64,000 bases of DNA from Candidatus Altimarinota bacterium (GTDB lineage Bacteria > Patescibacteriota > Gracilibacteria > Absconditabacterales > Absconditicoccaceae), in the NCBI GenBank assembly GCA_041694255.1, contig JASMTN010000021.1, positions 231 to 64,230 of the forward strand, written 5' to 3'. The translations under genes and the position numbers were made by a program. Numbering within the stretch: position 1 is the first letter of the stretch; every line of letters begins with the position of its first letter. Below are positions 24,165 to 34,117 of the stretch, in pieces. The notes beneath the pieces were generated by a model. The model searched no databases, had not been told where the DNA came from, and saw only the letters and a list, made by a program, of their open reading frames with translations.

Positions 24165-25184
24165 TTACTTTTTAGCTCACAATTGTTTTCACTCTTTTTC
24201 AAGAGATTCTTGTATCTCATCAACTGCTTTTTTACCAACTCACTTTAATGATATAAGTTCTGTTCTTGTTTTCATTTCAAGATCCTCAACAAACTCTATC
24301 TCATTTTTAATAAGTGCATTTCTTGTTCTTTCACTTAATGTAGGTAATGAATCTATAGGAGTTTTTCTAACATCTTTAAATTCATTATTATCAAGCTTAT
24401 TATCATCCTCTATATCATCAATTTCTGTAAACAAATCTTTATCTATATAAGATTCATCAAAAACAAACATTTTTGTATAAGAAGATATAGCTTCTCATGC
24501 AAAAGCAAGAACTTCTTTTGCATCAACCTTGTCAGATATAGTTTCTAGATTTATAACAACATAGTCATTATATTCTCAGTCAAAGTCTGATATAACTTCA
24601 TCAACATCATATGAAACATTTTTAACAACTTTGAAATCATTATCAATAAGCATATTTCATAATTGAACACCTTCTTCAGATTCAGACAATTCTTTTTCTC
24701 TTTTTTGTAGGTCATTTATAGACAAGTATTTGTATCATTTTTCTAATCTATAACTAACTTCTAATTCAAGTTTTGGATCTGTTATCTCAAAAAGATAAGA
24801 TCAACTAGTTAAAACTTCTATACCTGCAGGCAAATCTAAATCTTCTACATAATACTTACCAACTCACTTAAATTTTTTACTAACCCATTCAATTTTATCT
24901 TGAACATTTCATTTAAATTTAAGATCTTTGAAGTTAAGCATAACTTGTAACATTGTTTCTTTTACACCATCAACAGTAGAATACTCATGACTCACTCACT
25001 TTATGTTTAAAGCAGTAACAGCAATTCATGGATTATAAGATATTAGTGTTCTTCTTATCATATTTCAAATACTGTGCCCTAATCAAGCAGGTAAGGGTCA
25101 GAACTTAAAACTAGATACATTTGTATCTTCATTTTTTAACCATTGAATTTCAGGTTTTCAAAGAAATTTTTGGATATCCAACAT
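24165..25184 (-). CDS. rpoA: DNA-directed RNA polymerase alpha subunit
   Basis: 339-aa code-25 ORF. N-terminal domain plus C-terminal LSERTRNALIKNEIEFVEDL (alpha-CTD HhH). Frame agrees with track ORF 24240-24470. Confidence 0.9.
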
Positions 25185-25208
25185 TAAAATATACATATAG
25201 ATATAAAA

Positions 25209-25823
25209 CTATGCTCTAGCATAAAACTCAATTACTTTTAGCACATCAGCAGGAAGCTCTATTTCATCTGCTCTTGGCAAATCAAGAACTTCTATTTTTT
25301 TATCTGCAATATTAGCTTTTATATAAGAAGGAGATTTTACATTTTTATTTTCTCAAGCATAAAGATTAGAAGCTTTTAACTTATCTTTAAGTTCTATCAA
25401 ATCACCCTTTTTTACTAAGTAAGAAGGTATGTTATGCTTTACACCATTTAATAGAAAATGTCAATGTGTTATCATTTGTCTTGCTTGTACTATAGTATTA
25501 GCAACACCAGATCTATATAAAACAGAATCCAATCTTCTTTCTAAAATAATTTTAACAGATTTATCATAATCAATACCTGAATTCTTAGAATATTTAGCAG
25601 CTATTTGTGTAACAAATCTTTTAAATTGTTTTTCACTCATGTGATAAACTCTTTTTAAAACTTGTTTATTTCTCAACAATTTACCATATTCAGATAGCCT
25701 AGCCATACCACCACCGTGTTGACCAGGAAGTTTTCTTCTTTTTCTTACATCATACTTTGCAGGTCAGAATAAATTAATTCACTCTCTTCTACAAAGTTTA
25801 AATTTTGGCCCTGTATATCTCAT
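25209..25823 (-). CDS. rpsD: 30S ribosomal protein S4
   Basis: [15 protein letters not shown]... [11 protein letters not shown] ... [10 protein letters not shown]. Confidence 0.95.
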
Positions 25824-25848
25824 ATTATTATATTAAACCAAGATAAAA

Positions 25849-26244
25849 CTAATTTCTCCTTTGTCTTTTTCATTTACATCAACCAAATTGAATAGGAGTA
25901 GCTTCTTTAATAAAAGTAATATCTACACTACCCAAGTCGTTAACTGCTTTAAAAACACCATCTCTTGAAAGTCAAGTACCTTTAAAAACAATACCCATTT
26001 GTGCTAAGCCATAATTTTTAGCCTCATCCAAAAGCTCTTTAGTAAGCATCTCAGCAGCAAAAGGTGTAGATTTTTTACTTCATTTATATCAAACTGTACC
26101 TGTACCACCTCATAATACTTTATTACCTTTTTCGTCTGTTAATGTAACAATAGTATTATTAGAAGAAGTATTTACATATAACAAACCACTAGACAATTTA
26201 ATATTCTTCTTCTTTTTAGTTGTTGTAGTTTTTTTTATTGCCAT
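25849..26244 (-). CDS. rpsK: 30S ribosomal protein S11
   Basis: ...GLLYVNTSSNNTIVTLTDEKGNKVLGGGTG...STPFAAEM... Confidence 0.95.
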
Positions 26245-26272
26245 AAATATTTAATTTAAAGTCCTAAAATTA

Positions 26273-26647
26273 TTACTTTTTAGCTACTGGTCTAACTCTT
26301 GATCTACCCATTAGCTTTTTAGCTGTTTTAGCATTTGTCTTTGTTTGTTGACCTCTAACAGGCATTCAAAGATTATGTTTCATACCCCTAGCTGTTTTTA
26401 ATTCCTTCATAGCTTTAATATTTCAAAAAACTTCTCTTCTTAAATCATTTTCTAAGTTGTATGTTCTAACCTCATCACTAATTATTTTTTCTTCTTTTTC
26501 ATCCAAGTCTTTAACTTTTTTATCGAAGTCTATTCATATCTTATCACATATATCTTTTGCCCTTGATTGTCATATACCATATATGCTTGTAAGAGCTATA
26601 CCCAAAGATTTTTTTTCTGGTAACATATGACCCAATAATCTAAACAT
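26273..26647 (-). CDS. rpsM: 30S ribosomal protein S13
   Basis: ...LTSIYGIGQSRAKDICDKIG ... GMPVRGQQTKTNAKT. Confidence 0.95.
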
Positions 26648-26738
26648 AATTTAAATTAATTAATAATTATAAATTTTTAACTTAAAGCACAAAAAACGAT
26701 TAAACCAATTTAGTTTTAAAACATTTTTAAGCTATAAA

Positions 26739-26855
26739 TTATCCTTGCCTTTGCTTATGATTAGCATTAGAAGAACAAATCACCCTAACAACTCACTTTC
26801 TTCTAACTACTTTACAATCCTTACAAATTGGCTTAACTGATGATCTAACCTTCAT
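26739..26855 (-). CDS. rpmJ: 50S ribosomal protein L36
   Basis: [38 protein letters not shown]. Confidence 0.95.
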
Positions 26856-26879
26856 TATAAACTTTTAATAACAATTAAA

Positions 26880-27095
26880 TTACAACCTATAAGTTATATA
26901 TCATTTTGTAGGATCAACTTCATTTAATTCTACTTGAACCTTATCACCCATAAGTATTTTAATTCTACTTTTTACTAACCTTCATTTAGGTTTAGCTTGA
27001 ATTTTCATTCAACCATCTAAAACAACTGAATACATTCATCATCAAAGTATCTTATCAACTATTCACTCTAATACGATTCATTCGCTTTTAGCCAT
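26880..27095 (-). CDS. infA: translation initiation factor IF-1
   Basis: MAKSEGIVLEGIVDKILGGGMYSVVLDGGMKIQAKPKGRL... Confidence 0.9.
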
Positions 27096-27104
27096 AAATT
27101 GCCA

Positions 27105-27428
27105 TTATAAAGATAAATCTTCAACAATTAATTTTGTCTTTTCTGGCCTAAATCATTTTCATTTAGAATTCCTATCAGCTCTAATTTTATTTTTAAATTT
27201 TCTAACATACATTTTGTCTCATTTAAAATTAGAGTCTACTTTCAATTTAACTTCTCATTTAACATAAGGAGTTCAAACATTAACATTTTCTTGGTTTTCA
27301 TCAAAAGTAAGTAATAGTTTATCAGTAGAGAAAGTCTCTCAAGCCTCCATACCAACATTATCAACCTCTATTACATCACCCTTTTTTACTATCCATTGAT
27401 GTCATTTTAAATCAATAACAGCATACAT
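27105..27428 (-). CDS. rplU: 50S ribosomal protein L21
   Basis: MYAVIDLKGHQWIVKKGDVIEVDN... matches the L21 N-terminal pattern. Confidence 0.75.
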
Positions 27429-27455
27429 AATCAACCTCTTATTAAAATCTAAATA

Positions 27456-27716
27456 CTATATTTTTGCACCCAACTTAGCCTTTGTATCATACTCACTTCT
27501 TTTTGTTCTATAAGCATTTGAAATAAGTGCTTTAACTCTCCTTTTAAGTCTACCAGATGGGTTTTGAAACTTAGCTCTTCTATAGTACTTTGTACCATAG
27601 TGTTTTTGCAATTTTCTTGTTTCTATAATACCAGAAGACCAAAGCTCTTTTTTATAAAAAGAAACTAATCTTTCATTTGTATTCAAATCTCATGTTCTCC
27701 ATACTACAAATCACAT
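27456..27716 (-). CDS. small basic protein of unknown identity
   Basis: 86-aa K/R-rich code-25 ORF (track ORF 27456-27686 extended through two TGA). I could not match it to any ribosomal protein family by eye. Confidence 0.4.
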
Positions 27717-27807
27717 AAGCAATTTTATATTATATTAAATAAAACACATTAAACCAATTAAATATATGTTCCAGCCAACAACACATATTTAAGCAATTTA
27801 AGTAGAA

Positions 27808-27892
27808 TGCCAGGAGAGGGAATCGAACCCTCACGGTAAATAATACCAACGGATTTTAAGTCCGTCGCGTCTACCAATTCCGCCATCCTGGC
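27808..27892 (-). tRNA. tRNA-Leu (anticodon UAA)
   Basis: 85-nt cloverleaf with a long variable arm. Anticodon loop CUUAAAA. T-arm GGTTCGATTCC. Confidence 0.9.
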
Positions 27893-27971
27893 AAATTAGT
27901 TGCAAGACTTCAGCAAAAATCAAAAGCTTATCATACTACTCTATATTACTTGCAACTCACATTTTTTATAC

Positions 27972-28320
27972 TTATTTCTCTGAAGCTTCAACAACCTCAT
28001 CAAAAACCTTTGGAAACAGCACTGCAACATTAGACAACACTTTTCTATCTAATTTAATTTGCTTGTTATACATATTATTAACAAAAATAGAATATTTTGT
28101 ATTTCTTTGCTTACAAGCAGCAGATATTCTTTCTATCCAAAGCTTTCTAAATTCCCTCTTTTTTTCCTTTCTATTTCTGTATTGATGTTCACCTTGCTTT
28201 ATAAGTGCAAGTCTAACTTGTTTATAAACATTTTTTCTACCTAATCTAAATCACTTAGCAAGTTTTGTAAACTTTTTATGTCTTTTATGTCTTGTATAAC
28301 CATTTGTAACTCTTACCATT
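27972..28320 (-). CDS. rplT: 50S ribosomal protein L20, reading frame interrupted by an apparent +1 shift after codon 20
   Basis: Frame 0 gives MVRVTNGYTRHKRHKKFTKL, then UGC UAA. The +1 frame continues AKGFRLGRKNVYKQ...FRKLWIERISAA... to the stop at 27972. Total length is 349 nt, not a multiple of 3. Confidence 0.8.
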
Positions 28321-28329
28321 AATATTTAA

Positions 28330-28518
28330 TTAAACAAATAAAGCTTTTACTCTCTTATTATCAGCAACATCCAATATTTTACCATTTTTATAATTCCTAT
28401 GTGCTTTCTTCTTATTCATAAGTAAATGGCTTGTAGCACCTTTTTTAAACTTAACCTTACCATTTTTAGTTATGGCAAACCTTTTTTTAGCTCATGAATG
28501 TGTCTTTACTCTAGTCAT
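28330..28518 (-). CDS. rpmI: 50S ribosomal protein L35
   Basis: MTRVKTHSGAKKRFAITKNGKVKFKKGATSHLL... Confidence 0.9.
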
Positions 28519-28519
28519 A

Positions 28520-29056
28520 TTACTTCAATTTAGCAAATAAAATCAATGAAAATCATCTAGCCTCCTCTTTAACTCATCAACTTTTAGAATAATCTTCAAG
28601 TCTCTCAGCCATAACATACATATGACCTCTTGCTTGATCTCTAAATACATTTTCTCTTCATTTAAGCTTCAAAGAAACTTTAACATTATATCATTTAGTT
28701 AATAGTTTTTTAGCCTTATCAACCTTCATTTCAAGATCATTTTCTTCTATACTATACGATATTTTAATTTCTTTAATTCATTTATTTTTTTGAGAATTTT
28801 TTTTGTCTTTCTCTTTCTTTTTAAGATCATACTGATATTTACCATAATCCATAATCTTACATATAGACACTTTATCTTGTGCATTATATCAGAATTGAAC
28901 TAAGTCTAGTCAAGAATCTTTTGCTTTATCTAAAGCTTCTCTCCTTGGAAAAGTTCATATTTGTTCTCAATCTTCAGACAACAACAAAATATTAAAAGCT
29001 TTTATAGATTCATTAACATAAGTTCTCTTTTGATTAGATTTTTTTTTATCTATCAT
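28520..29056 (-). CDS. infC: translation initiation factor IF-3
   Basis: ...LDLVQFGYNAQDKVSICKIMDYGKYQY... and a C-terminal domain KVSLKLKGRENVFRDQARGHM. Canonical infC-rpmI-rplT order. Confidence 0.9.
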
Positions 29057-29078
29057 ATAAGGTATTTTGATATAAATA

Positions 29079-29152
29079 CACTCCTAGCGGGATTCGAACC
29101 CGCGATCTCCGCCGTGAGAGGGCGGCATCCTAAACCACTAGACGATAGGAGC
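29079..29152 (-). tRNA. tRNA-Glu (anticodon CUC)
   Basis: Closely parallels E. coli tRNA-Glu (..UCGUCUAG..CCGCCCUCUCACGGCGG..GGUUCGAAUCC). Confidence 0.85.
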
Positions 29153-29156
29153 AAAA

Positions 29157-29230
29157 TACACCCACCAGGATTCGAACCTGGGACCTTCGGCTTAGAAGGC
29201 CGCTGCTCTATCCAGCTGAGCTATGGGTGC
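29157..29230 (-). tRNA. tRNA-Arg (anticodon UCU)
   Basis: Anticodon loop CUUCUAA. GCUCAGCUGGAUAGAGC D-arm. Confidence 0.85.
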
Positions 29231-29266
29231 ACAGAAGAATAAATAGTAAGTTCTTTATAAAAGAAA

Positions 29267-29340
29267 TGGAGTCGAGGAGATTCGAACTCCTGACCCCCTG
29301 CGTGCAAAGCAGGTGCTCTAGCCAGCTGAGCTACGACCCC
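29267..29340 (-). tRNA. tRNA-Ala (anticodon UGC)
   Basis: GGGGUCG acceptor with G3:U70. Anticodon loop UUUGCAC. Confidence 0.9.
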
Positions 29341-29346
29341 AAAACA

Positions 29347-29429
29347 TGGGCAGGACTGGATTTGAACCAGTGTAGCCTTTCGGCGGCGGATTTACAGTCC
29401 GCTGCATTTGACCGCTCTGCCACCTACCC
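29347..29429 (-). tRNA. tRNA-Tyr (anticodon GUA)
   Basis: 83 nt with a long variable arm. Anticodon loop CUGUAAA. Confidence 0.9.
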
Positions 29430-29656
29430 TCAATTAACTTAAATCTAACACTCAAAATAAGGTTAGAAATCATATAACTATCATTACAAATCACAATAGA
29501 ACATATCATTGTTGAGTTCATCACATATATTGTTCTGCAAAAGACCACATTCAAAACCAGTCTTTAATTTTATTAGAATAATAAATAATTACTCATCAAA
29601 ACAAAACAAACAACAGTCAAACAAACCAACTCATAATTTATTTTAATTATATAATT

Positions 29657-29730
29657 AGCGGATGACGGGACTTGAACCCGTGCAAGCAGAGCTGAATTCT
29701 GCTATGCTACACCAATTACATCACACCCGC
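29657..29730 (-). tRNA. tRNA-Gly (anticodon UCA), UGA-decoding tRNA of genetic code 25
   Basis: GCGGGUG acceptor (G1-C72, C2-G71, G3-C70) and U73 discriminator, as in tRNA-Gly. Anticodon stem GCAGA/UCUGC with loop AUUCAGC, giving anticodon UCA. Confidence 0.85.
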
Positions 29731-29736
29731 AAAGAT

Positions 29737-29808
29737 TGGGTCAGGTGGGAATCGAACCCACGACCACCGGCTTAAAAGGCCGTTGCTCTACCCCTGAGCT
29801 ACTGACCC
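29737..29808 (-). tRNA. tRNA-Lys (anticodon UUU)
   Basis: Anticodon loop CUUUUAA. T-arm GGGTTCGATTCCC. Confidence 0.9.
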
Positions 29809-29901
29809 ATAAAGAAATAAGACTAAAGCTCTTATTTCAATCAAGTGAATACCAGTATAATAATTTATATATTTATTTCAATATTTTTTTTAAGTTTTTT
29901 A

Positions 29902-31167
29902 CTAAAAATCCCAACTTCATTTCATAGATGAACTTTGAGTATAGTTTGTAACTGTACTTTCAAAAAAGTTTCATTTTTCACTATTATGATCTTGCAACCT
30001 TGTAAGGTGCTTATAAGGATTTTCTGTATATTCTGGATATAATGGATCTAATCATATCATTTCAAGTCTTTGGTTTGCCAACCATTTTGTATATTTATCT
30101 ATACTATCTTTATTTATTCATATAATTCATTCTCATATAATATGATTTGACCAAGATATTTCTTGATTAACTGCAGTATCAAACATTTCATATATAAGGT
30201 TTTTATCGAAAACTTCTGGAGACTCTTCCTTTAGATCTTTAATTAAATGTGCAAATAATGTTACATGAGTAAGCTCATCTCTTCTTATATAATTTATCAT
30301 TCTTTGACTTGCAACCATTTTTCACATATCTGCTAAGGTATCAAAATAAGCAAATCCATTATAAAAATATAAGCTTTCAAGTAGAAAATTACCCACAACT
30401 GCCCTGAAAAAATTTTTATCTGTTTTATTATCAACAAAGTCTTGATATATATTTCATATAAAAGTTATTCTATCTAATAGATGCTTATCTTCATTCCAAA
30501 AGTAATATATTCCATCTCTTTTATCTGCAGGAACAACACTTTCAAGTATCGTTGCATAGCTTTGAGAATGTATGGCTTCCTGATAGTCTTGTATAGCAAG
30601 AACTAAGTTTATTTCTGGAGCTGTTATAAAGTCATTTATATTTGGGAGATTTAGTGTTTGTATACTATCTAAAAAAATTAGGAATGACAATATTCAATTA
30701 TAAGCCCTTTTTTCTTCAGTTGTTAAAGAATTCTTATATTGAGTTCAATCTTCTCATAATCACTTAACTTTTTCAGGAACCCAAAAATTTCAGACCATAA
30801 CTTGATATAAATTTTTAGCCCGAGTATATTTTGTGTTATTAAGTTGAAAAATTTTTGTTGTTGATCATTTTATAACTTTTCTTTGAGATACATCATCATT
30901 ACCTTCTGGATTAAAAAGCAATACTTGTCACATAACTTGTTCTCAATCTTTAATAATATCTATAGTTCAATGTTCTTTATATATCAAATCAATTTGTCAT
31001 GTTATATTCTCAACCAATTCATCTATTGTTTTTGATTGATATGAAATTTTAATTTCTGACCCGTTAACACTAAGTGTTTCAAAAACCTCTCCATAATAAT
31101 AATCATCAACCCTATCTATTTTGATAGTTATATGCAAATTATTTAAGGGATTTATATGCAACTCCAT
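29902..31167 (-). CDS. nrdB: ribonucleotide reductase beta subunit (R2) with an N-terminal extension of about 80 aa
   Basis: 421-aa code-25 ORF. The R2 core starts near ...LLFNPEGN...NFWVPEKV, with EAIHSQSY and RDELTHVTLF iron-ligand motifs. Frames agree with track ORFs 30133-30318 and 30454-30690. Confidence 0.85.
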
Positions 31168-31311
31168 AATTAATTAATTTATAGATAAATAAAAATTACA
31201 ATTTGTATAATATTTTTTTTAAAATTAAAATCAATAATATTGTTTTTATAGTGTTGACTTTTACATATTAATTATTATACAATTATTATTTTATAAAAGT
31301 AAATTAAATAA

Positions 31312-33612
31312 ATGAACAACTGCCAACCTAAAGTAAATATAAGTTATCATTGAGGAATAGAAGATAAAAAAGAAGGAATTAGTTTAACATGATCATCAAC
31401 ATTAATGAAAATAAAAGATGAACTTTGATGATATATAAATATAATATTTGATTATTGAATGCATCAATGATGATATAAATCAAATAATCTAAATGAAAAT
31501 ATTGATAATGAAATACTAAAAGCAGACTTTCTTATAATAACACATGCACATATGGATCATGTATGAAGAATACCTATGTTAATAAAAAATGGATTTAAAT
31601 GAAAAATAATAATGACAAATCTTACAAAACAAATAACACAAGCAATGTTAAGTGATTATGTAAGATTAACAGAAAAGCAAATAAGTGAAGTAAAAGAGCA
31701 AAATAAAAAAATATGAGAAACATTTAGTAGGCACATACAAGCAGTAAAAATATATGATGAATTAATAAAATGATGAATTAAAAAAAATGAAAGAGAAAAA
31801 AAAGAAAGAAAATTAGAACAGCTAATATGAGAAAAAGTAAGATATTGAGAAATTAAGAGAAAAAACATTAAAGAAAAAATAAATGAAATAAAGAAATTAT
31901 TAAAAAAATATCATATCAAAAATGAAAGTGATATAAGGCTAATACAAAAAGAAGAACCTGTGTTGTTATATGATTTAGATGATGTATATAAAACAATATC
32001 TAGAGTGGAAACAATTGAAGTATGAAATGAAATAAATTTAGATAATAGAATCTTCATAAATAATAAAGATGATAATAGGATAATATCATTACCTAAAATA
32101 ATTAGAGAATGATACAACAAAAAAATATTTGTATTGCCACATATCAAAGCACATATAGTAAATAAATTAAAAAATTATTTAAACGAAATTGCAAAACATA
32201 ACACAGAAAATAAAAATATTAGAGAAAAATTAAAAAAAATATTAAAAAAGAATAAAAAAACTGATAATGAAAAAAAATTATTAAAAAAATATTGAATAGA
32301 AAAGGTAGATGATATAGAAAACTTAAAAAAAGAAATAATAAAGTTCCCATATACTTATGATGAAATTAAAACAGTTTCAAAAAATTTAGAATTAGTTATT
32401 GATAAAAATAAAAATAAATTTTTAGAAAGTATAAAGCTAAATTTTCATAATGCATGACACATAGAATGAAGCATTCAAGCTACAGTAAGTATAGTTACTG
32501 ACAAAATAATAGATCTTTTATGACAATCACCTCAAAGAAGGTCTTTTGAATGAAAAAAAAGAATTGAAAGAGAATTTAAAAATTTTTGATTTTCTTGAGA
32601 TTTATGAAAAATAACAGAACCAAACATATCATGAAGTCCGGAGATACCATCATATAGATATGACTTTTTTCAATGTGAATCCACATATGCAGATAGAGAA
32701 CATCCTTGCAAAAAAGAAGAGTTCAAAATGTTTATTAATGAAATATATAAAACAAAATGAAAAGTTTTAATACCAGCATTTTCTTTACAAAGAACTCAAG
32801 AAATAATGCTAGAGCTATTACAAAACAAAATATCAAAGCAAGATCTTATAAAAAAATACTGACAATTAAAGCAAGAACTAAGAAAACTTAATATGGAACT
32901 TGCAAAATTAATATGAAATCAATATATAGAAAAAGATTATGAACATAAAGTAAAAAACATTAAAGAAAAAATTGAAATAATTAGTAATGAGATTGATAAA
33001 GTTTGAGAGCAAGTATTTTTATATGAAATAATTGTTGATTCTCCATTATCAAAAGAAATTAGTGATATATTTTTACATAATTTATGAGAAAAATACAAAC
33101 TACTTGATAAAAAAGTACAAGAGGATAAAATATGAAAAAACACAATAACATATCTTGAAGATAATGAATATAAAAAACATTACACAGATAAAAGAATAAA
33201 TAAAAAAGATATAATACTTTCATCTTGATGAATGCTACAGTGATGAGCAATAACAAATCATATAAAATTATTAATTTGAGACCCTAATTCAAAAATTATA
33301 TTTACTGGATATCAAGCAGAATGAACATTATGAAGAGAGTTGATAGATTGAAAAAAACAAATAATAATAGATTGAGAAGTATATGATGTAAATTGTCAAA
33401 TAGTACAAATAAGGTGATATAGCTCACATATATGAAAAAATGACCTTATAAATTATATATGACAATATTTAAATTTTTCAAAAAAATCAATAGTAGCATT
33501 AAATCATGGTTGAGAATCAAGAAACCATCTTGCATATGAGATAAATAAATTAAATCCCTTGCAAAAAATAGAAATTCCAAAACTTTGAGATACAATAGAA
33601 ATTAAACTCTAA
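31312..33612 (+). CDS. metallo-beta-lactamase / beta-CASP family nuclease (RNase J/CPSF-like) with large K/E-rich insertions
   Basis: 766-aa code-25 ORF. Contains ITHAHMDHVGRIP (HxHxDH), HNAGHIEGS, CESTYADREH, GYSSHIGKNDL and ALNHGG. Confidence 0.65.
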
Positions 33613-34090
33613 CATATTCTAAAAATTCAAAGCTTATTCAGTTTTCTTCCTTTTTTCAACTACGAGAAGATAATTTAAAATCTTCTTGTATTTTTTTTAT
33701 AAAATTTTGTTCAAAAAACACATCACAATTAAAATTTGAATAAACTTGAGTTATGTATATTTTATCAGCATACTCTATACCCTCTTTATATATTCTTTTT
33801 CCTCACATTAAAAAAATATCACCTGATGTATCTTCTATAGCTTGTTTTAAACTAGAAAAAACTTTATAATTATCTGCTAGATCCAATGAAGAGGATATTA
33901 TTATATTTTCCCTTCATGGTAAAGGTCTAACTTTTTCTGGTAGTGAATTCCAAGTATTTTTTCACATAATAACAGTTTTTCATTTTGTTTTTTGTGAGAA
34001 AAATTTCAAATCTTCTTTAATAGTCCAACAAAGGTCATTATTTTTTCATATACCATAGTTTTCATCCATTGCAAATATAAGGTTTATCAT
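33602..34090 (-). CDS. folA: dihydrofolate reductase
   Basis: 162-aa ORF. Contains MINLIFAMDENYGIGKNNDLCW, TVIMGKNTWNSLP, PLPGRENIIIS and IFLMGGKRIY. Its 3' end overlaps the convergent gene by 11 nt. Confidence 0.85.
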
Positions 34091-34117
34091 TTCTCTACTT
34101 GAAAAAAGTTAAAAATT
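34090..34117. repeat. 28-bp perfect direct repeat, left copy (island 2 boundary)
   Basis: TTTCTCTACTTGAAAAAAGTTAAAAATT, identical to 40316-40343. Starts at the first base of the folA start codon complement. Contains the last codons and stop of res. Confidence 0.9.

Noticed and set aside
29079-29152. This tRNA as the UGA suppressor, because its anticodon loop CUCUCAC contains 'UCA'.
   Set aside because: With U33 and A37 placed canonically the anticodon is CUC. The whole sequence parallels tRNA-Glu. The true UCA tRNA is at 29657-29730.
28961-29927. Track ORFs 28961-29242, 29227-29442, 29318-29554 and 29736-29927 as protein genes.
   Set aside because: They run across the GC-rich tRNA cluster (Glu, Arg, Ala, Tyr, Gly-UCA, Lys). 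They are open only because tRNA sequence lacks AT-rich stops.
31168-31311. NrdR boxes in the nrdB upstream region and upstream of nrdA (50076-50190).
   Set aside because: Only weak AT-rich palindromes (for example ACAAATTGT) were seen. This is not convincing against the background composition without a genome-wide motif model.
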